Assembly (NCBI GenBank): GCA_964016885.1
Contig: OZ024741.1
Span: forward strand, 409,262,001 to 409,326,000
Reading direction: 5' to 3'
Source: Eledone cirrhosa
Lineage: Eukaryota
Length of the DNA stretch: 64,000 nt
The position numbers and the translations under genes were made by a program. This document shows, in pieces, positions 52,861 to 64,000 of this stretch; positions within the stretch are counted from its first letter, which is position 1; every line of letters starts with the position of its first letter. The notes beneath the pieces were generated by a model. The model worked only from the letters and a program-made list of their open reading frames with translations. It was not told the origin of the DNA and did not search any database.

Positions 52861-52956
52861 ACCCCGACGGCTGAGCTCAAGCCGTTTCGACGGCTAATTC
52901 TGGACTAAATGAAAATTTTTATCCTGGTAAATGAATAGCCGAGCTTCTCAGGGGGT
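52861..52956 (-). ncRNA. Type I hammerhead ribozyme motif; mirror copy at about 55752-55848 (+) has GAAA>AAAA
   Basis: ACCCC-CUGAGAA-long stem II (GGCUA../..UAGCC)-GAAA-CGGCU/AGCCG-UC-GGGGU; core position 8 is non-canonical. Confidence 0.8.
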
Positions 52957-53644
52957 AATTCCATATATGGTAAAAGTGATTGTCACAAGGATTGGTCAAA
53001 AGTTTGTTGTTGAGACACATAATTCTATCATGGCATTTTGTGGAAGGAAGGGGTAGCTGAACTTGCTAGTAGAAAAAAGAGGGAGAGGAGGAAACCCAGT
53101 CGTGCGTTGAAAGTGACAACTACAGCAGAATCCTAAGGATAAGAGGTCAAGAGAGGTATACTAGAGAGGGGGATGGGGGAGGAAGTCGAAACAATAAGTA
53201 AATCTATATGGAGTAAATATATAGAAAAATAAGAATGTTAAAAATATAAAAAAACACAATTTCTGGTTACTATTCCCCTACCTCAATCATCAAATCTCTC
53301 ACTGGTACTGCTAAACTATAGAAAAGTTTAATAGGTGGGACGGAATACTAAATACGAGATTGTAGTGAAAGAATTGTATGAGTTAGTAGTAATCGGCCAA
53401 ATCTATCTTACAATGACAGGTCAACAAGTAGGGGGCCAAAATACTAAAAAAAAAAAAAAAAAACTAATACGAAATATTAATTCAGAATCCCGAAACTAAT
53501 ACGAAATATAAATTCAGAATCCCGAAAATGAATACTAATACGATATATGAGAGTACCGCTACAATACATAAGTTCTAATACAAACTACATAAATGCTCGT
53601 ACGATATATATGAAAAATTTAATACGAAAATTAATTACAACCCC

Positions 53645-54692
53645 AGTAGTACAGACAACGTCCGTAAACAATTACTCAGCTCCTTCCGCGATTGGGGATT
53701 TAAAATAACCCTACAAACGTCTCTAACCCGAGCAAACTTCCTGGACGTTACCCTTGACCTCGATAATGATCTGTACTACCCATACAGGAAACCAAACAAC
53801 AACCTGCACTGCATCCACCGCCAGACAAACCACCCTAGAAACATCACCAATAACCTGGTTAAAAACATCTCCCTCCGCATATCTCGTTTGTCCGCTAATG
53901 AGCAGATATTCGAGGAACATGCGCCTTATTACAACCAGGCCCTCGAGCGGAGTGGCTTCCGGGAGAAAATATCCTACTGTCCAGCTTCCATGAGCGGAAC
54001 CAGCAGGCGACACCGTCGTTCACGCAACGTAACATGGTTCAATCCTCCCCACAACGCCGAGGTGACAACACCTATCGGGAAAATCTTCTTTAAGCTCATC
54101 GAAAAACACTTCCCACTACAACACCGCTACCACAACATAATCAACAAAAATACCACCAAACTCTCCTACAGCACCACACCTAACTTTGCACAAAACATCG
54201 TCTCCTCTAACAACAAAAAACTCAACTCCTATGGAAGAAATAACCTAGATAGCAGTGGAGAGCCGACCAGGAGGTGTAACTGTCCTGTTGGATCCATTTG
54301 TCCCATCGACAACAGATGCAGATATCGTAATGTGATCTACCAGTGCAACGTGAGGACGGACACCTCCAACAAAGCTTATATAGGATTAACCGCTTGTGAC
54401 TTCAAGACCCGGCTATACCAACACAGACATACTTTCCGAAACCCGGCGTCAGCCACTACACTTTCGGGCCACATCTGGGACCTCACTGTCCAGAGCCAAC
54501 TCTTACACGGGAGGACGCCGTCCGTGTAACTTATGCTCGGAGGAAACATTACAAATGCTGTTTTCGACGGACCAATTCCTAAAAAAGAAAGACGAACTGG
54601 TAACTGCATGCAAACACAGATTGCGTAGGACTTATCTCGCCCTCAAACCCCATAATGACCGGGGGGGGGGGGGGGGTAGACAAGGACTGTAA
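53645..54692 (+). pseudogene. Penelope RT C-terminus/thumb + linker + GIY-YIG endonuclease (frameshift near 54490)
   Basis: NFLDVTL..PYRKP..NHP, WFNPP, CNC..CP..C, NVIYQC..AYIGLT..FKTRLYQH, CNLC.EE, ACKHR. Confidence 0.92.
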
Positions 54693-55954
54693 CACCCCAC
54701 TTGCCGACTTTGTAATGGGTAACCCCTGCTTACAAAGGTAAACGTAAGATTTTATATATTTTTTATCGTTTCCTCTATATTTCCTTCTTCCCCCCCAGTT
54801 CTCCTTTGTCGTCGTTTTTTCCCCCTTCTCGCCCACCCCGAGGCAGACCTTCGGTTCTCTGTAGCCTCAGTACCCCTACCCCCTATTCTATGATAGAATT
54901 GGCCGACTCCCCTTTTTATAGCAGATGTGCTAGACCCCAGATACTTGCTTTCTTATCTGATTGCTGCCCCATTTCCGTGATTTCTTAGTGGTATCTCTGC
55001 TTTAGTTTCTCGTATATCAGTATCTTTTTTTTGGGGGGGGGGGATTCTGAATTAATTTTTCGTATTAAATTTTTCATATATATCGTACGAGCATTTATAT
55101 ATTAGAATTTATGTATTGTAGCGGTACTCTTATATATTGTATTAGTATTCATTTTCGGGATTCTGAATTAATATTTCGTATTAGTTTCGGGACTCTGAAT
55201 TATTATTTCGTTGGCCTGGTGCCAAAAGTAGAAACAATTATTTCGTATTAGTTTTTTTTTTTTTTTTTTTAGTATTTTGGCCCCCTACTTGTTCACCTGT
55301 CATTGTAAGATAGATTTGGCCGATTACTACTAACTCATACAATTCTTTCACTACAATCTCGTATTTAGTATTCCGTACCACCTATTAAACTTTTTTATAG
55401 TTTAGCAGTACCAGTGAGATTTGATGATTGTGGTAGGGGAATAGTAACCAGAAATTGCGTTTTTTTAAATATTTTTAACATTCTTATTTTTCTATATATT
55501 TACTCCATATAGATTTACTTATTGTTTCGACTTCCTCTCCCTCTCTAGTATACCTCTCTTGACCTCTTATCCTGAGGATTCTGCTGTAGTTGTCACTTTC
55601 AACGCACGCACGGGTTTCCTCCACTCCTTCTCCCTTCTACTGGCAAGTTCAGCTACCCCTTCCTTCCACAAAATGCCATGATAGAATTGTGTGTCTCAAC
55701 AACAAACTTTTGACCAATCCTTGTGAATCACTTTTACCATATATGGAATTACCCCCCTGAGAAGCCCGGCTATTCATTTACCAGGATAAAAATTTTCATT
55801 TAGTCCAGAATTACTCGTCAAAACGTCTTGAGCTCAGCCGTCGGGGTCCTACTTGTTCCTATTACCTACTCTACTACCCTAAGTATTGAGTACTTTGGTG
55901 CGTTATGGTCCATCTGGTTCCTTACCACATTTCCTTCGTTATATATATATATGT

Positions 55955-56170
55955 AGACAATATGCCCCCACTGCAAAGTGGTCGTGGAGGTGCCACGGCA
56001 AAAAAGCACCCAGCACTCACTGTAAATGAGGTTGGTGTTAGGAAGGGCATCCAGCTGTAGAAATCAAGCCAGAATCAGTTCCCGTATGAGCAATGCATGG
56101 TCAGCCGACCGGACACTGCCCACAACAGGACAACTTGTCTAACCCATGCTAGCGTGGAAAAACGGTGATG
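55955..56170 (+). mobile_element. RTE/SINE 3'-tail fragment (similar tails near 18485, 23220, 29345, 48645, 61715)
   Basis: AGGAAGGGCATCCAGCTGTAGAAA..CCCATGCTAGC. Confidence 0.85.
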
Positions 56171-56659
56171 ATATATAGACCTTGTTAGCAGGGAAAGTGG
56201 CATTATATGATGACACACACTCACACACATACATTAAGCAGATGTAAAAATGATGATATATAATATACATATATATCTAGATATATATACCGACTAATAT
56301 ACATACACATCTATATACCTACTAATATATATACATATCTAGATATATATACCTACTAATATATATATATATCTAGATATATACACCTACTAATATATAT
56401 ACATATCTAGATATATATATCTACTAATATATATACATATCTAGATATATATATCATTATCATTAAAACTGTTTAACATCAATGTTTCCAATATTTAGAG
56501 ACAAAAGAAATAATTTCTATTGCTGTGACATCTGTTGAAATAGATATTAATAATAACATCTGTTTCATAGACTAAATATCTCCAGATGTTACAGTTGTAC
56601 ATCACTGAATGATAATAGGTTTAATAACATTTAATAGATTAGTGTTGAGAGGAGGGGGG

Positions 56660-57110
56660 GGGGGGGGGTAGTTGTGGTGGTGGTGGTGGTGGTAGAGATG
56701 GTGGTGGTAGTGGTGGAGGAGTTTGTTGTGGTGATGGTGGTAGTGGTGATAGAGGTGGTTGTCGTGGTAATGGTGGTGGTAGTGGAGGAATAGTGGTGGT
56801 GGTGGTATTGGTGGTGGTGGTATTGGTGGTGGTGGTATTGGTGATGGTGGTATTGGTGATGGTAATGATGGTGGTGGTGATGGTAATGATGGTGGAGGTG
56901 GTGGTATTGGTGGTGGTAGTGGTGGTGGTGGTAGTTGTGGTGATGGTAGTGGTGGTAGTGGAGGAGGTGGTGGTAGTGGTAGAGGTGGTTGTTGTTATGA
57001 TGGTAGTGGTGATAGAGGTGGTTGTCGTGGTAATGGTGGTGGTGGTGGTGGTGGTTGTGGTGGTGACGAGGGTGGTAGTAGTGGTGGCGATGAAGATGGT
57101 GGTGGTGAAA
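56660..57110. repeat. Degenerate (GGT)n microsatellite
   Basis: Directly visible. Confidence 0.95.
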
Positions 57111-57129
57111 ACATGCAACCTCCCCTCCC

Positions 57130-57730
57130 ACCTATTTGAGGAGTCAGTAGCTCTGCTTCAGTTCTGATACTTGATAGAGTGTAGCTCAGAGATGAGTGAG
57201 TCACTCCAGGTAGAGCAGCTACTTTTCCCAATTGAGAGATCACAGCTCTAATACTAAGGGAAAGAATCACTGGAGTCACTCCAGGTAGAGCAGCTACTTT
57301 TCCCAATTGAGAGATCACAGCTCTAATACTAAGGGAAAGAATCACTGGAGTCACTCCAGGTAGAGCAGCTACTTTTCCCAATTGAGAGATCACAGCTCTA
57401 ATACTAAGGGAAAGAATCACTGGAGTCACTCCAGGTAGAGCTGCTACTTCTCCCAATTGAGAGATCACAGCTGTAATACTAAGGACATGTGGTTAGAATG
57501 TCTCAAGAAAGAATTGCTGGACAGATTTTACAGGCAAAAGCAACTGGCAGAAGTCCCAGGGGTAGACCCTGAGCAAGATGGTTGGATAACATTCTTGAGC
57601 TTGGCTGGTCACGCTTGGGGTCCAGCCAGATCTGTTAAAGATTGTTATTTCTGACAGGACCTGCTGGAAGGAGTGTTTGAGGATCTGCCCCCATGTCCCT
57701 CGCAGGAATAAGTGGGGGGAGAAGAAGAAA
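57130..57730 (+). mobile_element. Rex3/Expander-like RTE 3' fragment with a 75-bp internal unit repeated about 3.8 times (57198-57485)
   Basis: Homologous to 37236-37600; 75-bp period. Confidence 0.85.
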
Positions 57731-58139
57731 ACAAAGAAAAAGAAAAAGATAAAAATAAAGAAAAAGAAGAAGAATCTGAAAGTTCACCTGAGACTCCACA
57801 CACCAAGTCTATAAAAATAATTTTGAAAAAAGTGAAAACAAAAACAACAAATATTTCAGTACATGTAATATTATTATTATTTTACATAATTAGCCAGCCT
57901 CTAGTCTCATCATTCCTCCATCAGCTGCTAGTTCCATCATGATTACTTAATGCTTCGCCACATTACATTATATTTACCATTATATATTTGTAGTAAAGAC
58001 TATCTTACATAATATCGAATCTACAAGATTTTGATGTTATTTATTTTTTAAAATAATACCCTAATGCCAGTATGAGCAGCCAGTTATGGCCGGTTTGAAC
58101 AGAAAGAGGTGAGAGAATTGTCGGATATGGCCGGTTTAA

Positions 58140-58341
58140 CCCTTTAGCATTTACATTATTCTATATTTACTGTTGTATTTTCACAGTAACCGCTTTATCT
58201 CACATAATATCGAATCTACAAGATTTTGATATTTATTTTGAGAAGAATACCCTAATGTCAGTATGAGCAGCCAGTTATGGCCGGTTTGAACAGAGAGAGG
58301 TGAGAGAATTGTCGGATATGGCCGGTTTAAATACTAAAGGG
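58140..58341. mobile_element. piggyBac-type MITE (partial tandem copy upstream at about 57960-58139)
   Basis: TTAA-CCCTTTAGCATTT ... AAATACTAAAGGG-TTAA. Confidence 0.85.
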
Positions 58342-58849
58342 TTAACAAACTAAACTGTCTCGATAAACTAACAACTTTATTTTCTATGGCAGAAATTATT
58401 TCCTAAACAGTTAAAAATATTTTATTTAGAAACTTTACAAAATACCATGAAAATCAAACCACTAAAAAAAAAACCCTTTAAAAATCTGGCTCCACCACAA
58501 AATCTTTAAAAATACCCCCCCCCCCCCTCCACCAAAACAACAAAACAAATATGTATTGGTCCCAGAAATATTTCAGTTCAATATTGCAAATTATCACTTG
58601 ATTCCTCTGGTTTCTTCTGTTTACTTCCTTTGTACCCCCCCCCCCAGCCACTGGATCCTCTTCTGGATTACAGACTCCCTTCTCCTCCTCCTCCTCCTCT
58701 GGATTACAGACTTCCTTTTCCTCCTCCTCTTCCGGATTACAGACTCCCTCCTCCTGTCAATTTCATCCACGTTCACAGATCAACTCTATCACCTGCAACA
58801 AAGGAAGAAAGACCAAATGTCATATGAGGTTCATATACAAGATCACCTC

Positions 58850-60648
58850 CACCACCACCACCACCATCACAAACATCACCACCACCACCACCACCACCAT
58901 CATCACAAACATGACCACCACCACCATCACAAACATCACCACCACCACCATCAACACCATCACAAACATTACCACCACCACCACCATCACAAACATGACC
59001 ACCACCAACATCAACACCACCACCACCGTCACAAACATCACCACCACCACCACCATCAACACCACCACCACCACCGTCACAAACATCACCACCACCACCG
59101 TCACAAACATCACCACCACCACCACCATCAACACCACCACCACCACCATCACCACCACCATCACAAACATCACCACCACCACCATCAACACCACCACCAC
59201 CATCACAAACATCACCACCACCATCACAAACATCACCATCACCACCATCAACACCACCACCACCACCACAAACATCACCACCACCACCACCACCATCAAC
59301 ACCACCACCACCGTCACAAACATCACCACCACCATCACAAACATCACCACCACCACCATCAACACCACCACCACCGTCACAAACATCACCACCACCATCA
59401 CAAACATCACCACCACCATCACAAACATTACCACCACCACCACCGTCACAAACATCACCACCACCACCACCACAAACATAACCACCACCACCACCATCAA
59501 CACCACCACCACCATCACAAACATGACCACCACCGTCACAAACATGACCACCACCACCACCACCATCAACACCACCACCACCAACACCACCGTCACAAAC
59601 ATCACCACCACCATCAACACCACCACCACCATCACAAACATCACCACCATCATCACAAACATGACCACCACCACCATCATCACAAACATCACCACCACCG
59701 TCACAAACATCACCACCACCACCACCATCACAAACATCACCACCACCACCACCACAAACATCACCACCACCATCACCGTCACAAACATGACCACCACCAC
59801 TATCACAAACATCACCACCACCACCGTCACAAACATCACCACCACCACCACCATCAACACCGCCACCACCGTCACAAACATCACCACCACCACCACCATC
59901 ACAAACATGTCCACCACCACGACCATCACAAACATCACCACCACCACCACCATCATCACAAACATGACCACCACCACTATCACAAACATCACCACCACCA
60001 TCAACACCGCCACCACCATCACAAACATCACCACCACCACCACCACCATCACAAACATGTCCACCACCACCACCATCACAAACATGACTACCACCACCAC
60101 CATCACAAACATGACCACCACCACCACCATCACAAACATGACCACCACCACCACCATCACAAACATGACCACCCCCATCATCATCACAAACATAACCACC
60201 ACCACCATCACAAACATGACCACCACCACCATCATCACAAACATGACCACCACCATCACCACCACCATCAACTCCACCACCATCATCAACACCACCACCA
60301 CCACCACCATCACAAACATGACTACCACCACCACCATCACAAACATCACCACCACCACCACCATCACAAACATCACTACCACCACCACCATCACAAACAT
60401 GACCACCACCACCACCACCATCACAAACATGACCACCACCACCACCATCACAAACATGACCACCACCACCACCATCACAAACATGACCACCCCCATCATC
60501 ATCACAAACATAACCACCACCACCATCACAAACATGACCACCACCACCACAAACATGACCACCACCATCACCACCACCATCAACTCCACCACCATCATCA
60601 ACACCACCACCACCACCACCATCACAAACATGACCACCACCACCACCA
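58850..60648. repeat. Compound (CAC)n repeat punctuated by CATCACAAACAT
   Basis: Directly visible; gives His-rich, Thr-rich and antisense Val-rich open frames. Confidence 0.95.
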
Positions 60649-60915
60649 AACAGCTCAATGTGTTTATATATTATCGGTCAGAAGAAAAATGAGATTTTAA
60701 AGGGAAAAACAATGTTTGGAAATGTATGTACACGTACACACATACATATATATAGACACACACATATATATACATACACACACACACACATGTACATATG
60801 GGTTATATCGAACATTAATAATAATGTTCGATTTGTTTGTAAACAAACGACCCGATTAGACACTGTCGTGTCGGTGACCGATCGTCACCTGTTTGTTCAA
60901 CACTGACTTTGAGGA

Positions 60916-60958
60916 ACAATCAACATGTTTCTGGGTCATTACCCTTCATCAGGATTAT
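60916..60958 (-). ncRNA. Minimal type I hammerhead ribozyme motif
   Basis: AUAAUC-CUGAUGA-A-GGGU-AAUG-ACCC-A-GAAA-CAUG-UU-GAUUGU; palindromic ACAUGU stem III. Confidence 0.75.
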
Positions 60959-61001
60959 ACCTCTGCCAGTCTGTTGAATGGTTGAAAATATATAGTATTT
61001 T

Positions 61002-61186
61002 CTGAAGTATACATCGGCTGAGTAGCCTCATTTGCATACTGAGCGAGTTACAGTTGGCCTTGCCGAATATTAAAAATAAAATTAGAATTTTATTTCTTGC
61101 CCTAGCACAGCTGATACATAAATGCAAGGTCAGTCGTAACTTGCCCAGTATGCAAATGAGGCAACTCAGCCGATGTGTACTTTCAG
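61002..61186. mobile_element. MITE with about 70-bp imperfect TIRs
   Basis: AAGTATACATCGGCTGAGTAGCCTCATTTGCATACTG.. / ..CAGTATGCAAATGAGGCAACTCAGCCGATGTGTACTT. Confidence 0.8.
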
Positions 61187-61305
61187 GAGAGCTGGAGAGC
61201 AGAAGGTCTTCAGAGAAGAAACTCTCAGGAAAGCTGGACAACAGAAGGTCTTCAGAGAAGAAACTCTCAGGAGAGCTGGACAACAGAAGGTCTTCAGAGA
61301 GGAAA
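61183..61305. repeat. 42-bp unit x3; single-copy relative at about 21110-21190
   Basis: CTCAGGAGAGCTGGACAACAGAAGGTCTTCAGAGAAGAAACT. Confidence 0.85.
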
Positions 61306-61344
61306 CCCCTGCCCGAAGCAGGTGTTTTAGCCCTTAACATAAAT

Positions 61345-61395
<51 letters not shown>

Positions 61396-61680
61396 TATTT
61401 ATGTTACATTGTTTACCAATGGGTGGAACTGGTGGTTCCGGTAAGCATAACACCGAATTAGTGGGCCATCTCTCAATCAAAATCCTTCCCCTATTTTCTA
61501 TTCTCCGTCTTTGTTCACTGAAATCCTGTTCTCTCATATAACTAATTCTGCAATTAACATCTGATGAAATCCCCTGAGTCTTGCATATTCAGATGATGAA
61601 GCTGGGACATTGAAATATGTATAATGTTTTCGTAGGATTAAAATTAAAAAGTTTCCAGTCAGGTCTTCTGTTATTTTGTG

Positions 61681-61715
<35 letters not shown>

Positions 61716-62297
61716 ATCATCATTTAATGTCTATCTTCCATGTTAGCATGCGTTAGATGGGTTTGTCCCACTTGAGGCAAGTTTGGTCGGGTGACCGTGT
61801 CTCACTCGTATAGTTTCTGCCCGCTATATTGTTTCTGCCCGCTTTTCTACAGATGGATGCCCTTCCTAGAGCCAACCCCATTTACAGTGTGGACTGGGTG
61901 CTTTTTACCGTGTTCCTACACAACAACTTTACAGTGTGGACTGGGTGATTTTTGTCATGACACCTACATGACCATTTTTGTGTGGGCTGGATATTCTGTG
62001 GTACCAACATAACTTTGCAAAGAAAGGGTGGTGTGGGCAGAAGTGGTGAGGGATGTGGGGTGTATAATATATTTATATATCTAGGGATTGTAACGTCCAG
62101 TTATAAAATGAATATATATGTGTGTGTATATATATATTCAATTCCCAGACCGGGCAATGTGTTATGTCCTTGAGCAAGACACTTTATTTCACGTTGCTCC
62201 TTCTACCTGGAGTTGCAACCGATAGATATTAGCAATTGGGAAGAGCAATGGAAACGTTGTTTCCTCGGTCCGATTTGATGACCGTCAATATATATAT

Positions 62298-62505
62298 ATT
62301 CATTTTATTAAGGCTAAAAAGTGAGTCTTGTTATTGTGAGATTCGTCTGCTTATCCCAGGGTCATCAGACTGTTTTATGACCCTGGGATAAACAGGTGAA
62401 ACTCCAGAGTAACAAACACTCACTATTCAGCCTTAATAATATTGTATATTAAAACTACTTTGGCATTGAGTAGTCCTTTCTCTCAGCCGTCAACCACATA
62501 CGGAG

Positions 62506-62508
<3 letters not shown>
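62298..62508. mobile_element. Fold-back element with hammerhead-like arms and asymmetric tail
   Basis: Left arm (minus) keeps CUGAUGA; right arm keeps stem II-GAAA-CUC/GAG-UA. Confidence 0.7.
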
Positions 62509-62536
<28 letters not shown>

Positions 62537-63249
62537 CAAACAAAGAAAGATAAAGGGAGGGAGGGAGGGGATTACTTGTGTGGGTGGTCAACCTGTGTTT
62601 TTGTTTTTCATAACATTTAATGCTGAGAGGTAGGGGGGGGGGGGTAATTTGAATCAAGTATTGGAGCTTCCATAACAACTATAGAGTTACCACAGCTCTC
62701 TCTCTCTCTCCCTCTTCACACATACATCCACACACACCACACCACACCCCTACATACATCCCATTGTTGTTATTCTAATACAGCTGTAGACTTCGGTAAT
62801 TTAGATTTCTACATCAATTGTACCTCACTATGTATGTGTGTGTATTCACGTGTAAATATGTGGGTGTGCATGTGTGTCTGTATATGTATGTTCACGTGTA
62901 AATGTGTGTGTGTGTGTATGTCTGTATCTGTGTCTATATATGTATGTTCACGTGTAAATGTGTGTGCGCATGTAAATGAGTATGTGTGTGTATGTGTATC
63001 TCTATATATGTGAGAGAGAGAGAGAAGTGGATGTGATGAAGTGTGGTGGTGATTGTGAGAGGAGTTTAATCCTAGAAAGTAGCACCAGATGTGACAGGAT
63101 AACTGGTAGAACGACGTCAACAGTGAAGGTGAATTAACAGATTAAGAGAAGTCACAGCTGGCCATGTCTATAGGGTGCCAGCTAGAATGGTTTGTTCCAC
63201 TTAACTACCCCTATAGCTCTATATTGATTTTATCACCGAAAGGAGGCGA

Positions 63250-63460
63250 TAGTAGATTGGCAGAATCAGTAGAGTGTCGGACAACATGCTTTGCAGTATA
63301 TAGTTACGTCTCTTTTACATTCTGAGTACAAAACCCGCCAAGGTTAACTTTGCCATTCATCTTTACGGGGTCGATAAAATAAAGTACCAGTAATACACTG
63401 GGTTCAAATTAATCGCCCTTGCCCTCCCCCTTTTGTTAACCTTGTGCCTAAATCGCAAAC
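63250..63460 (+). mobile_element. SINE family A
   Basis: Shared central motif. Confidence 0.85.
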
Positions 63461-63506
63461 CATGCACAAAATGGCTGGCTATATACAGTTCAATCAATCA
63501 ACTCCC

Positions 63507-64000
63507 TGTAACTGGTACAGTCAGTCACTGGTACAGCCAGTCACTGGGGTGTCACTGGTACAGCCAGTCACTGGGGAGTCACTGGTACAGTCAGTCATTA
63601 GGGAGTCACTGGTACAGCCAGTCACTGGGGTGTCACTGGTACAGCCAGTCACTGGGGTGTCACTGGTACAGCCAGTCACTGTGGTGTCACTGGGGTGTCA
63701 CTGGTACAGCCAGTCACTGGGGTGTAACTGGTACAGCCAGTCACTGGGGAGTCACTGGGGTGTCACTGGTACAGTCAGTCATTGGGGTGTAACTGGTACA
63801 GCCAGTCACTGTGGTGTCACTGGTACAGCCAGTCATTGGGGTGTAACTGGTACAGCCAGTCACTGTGGTGTCACTGGTACAGCCAGTCACTGGGGAGTCA
63901 CTGGTACAGTCAGTCATTGGGGTGTCACTGGTACAGTCAGTCATTGGGGTGTCACTGGTACAGCCAGTCACTGGGGTGTCACTGGTACAGCCAGTCATTG
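63507..64000. repeat. 27-bp minisatellite (GTCACTGGTACAGCCAGTCACTGGGGT), runs off window end
   Basis: Directly visible. Confidence 0.95.

Larger units (their letters stand above)
52855..55940 (+). mobile_element. Penelope-like retroelement, 5'-truncated, with an inverted 5' pLTR (arms 52855-53636 and about 55050-55853)
   Basis: ~780-bp inverted repeats flank an RT-thumb/GIY-YIG ORF; hammerhead motif at the outer end of each arm. Confidence 0.92.

Noticed and set aside
52855-55853. DNA transposon with long TIRs
   Set aside because: The interior encodes Penelope RT/GIY-YIG and the arms are hammerhead-bearing pLTRs, matching the known inverted Penelope structure

Overview
Gene-poor, repeat-saturated animal DNA. 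The SINE/RTE repertoire, (TA)n/(CAT)n tracts and AT-richness suggest an octopus or other coleoid cephalopod genome (inference). No intact host gene is recognisable. The window holds a 14.7-kb 23/25-bp satellite with nested higher-order repeats, about ten further minisatellites (several amplified from pieces of transposons), RTE and Rex3-like LINE fragments, many tRNA-derived SINEs, a degenerate mariner, a non-autonomous Helitron and MITEs. A 5'-truncated Tx1-clade LINE with an uninterrupted ~1145-aa ORF2 sits inside a 32/39-bp satellite. The most interesting layer is Penelope-like retroelement debris carrying type-I hammerhead ribozyme motifs at about seven loci. These include one copy that ends exactly at its predicted self-cleavage site, one with ~780-bp inverted terminal repeats, and small palindromic elements with a hammerhead on each strand. 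All calls were made by eye; boundaries are approximate unless stated.
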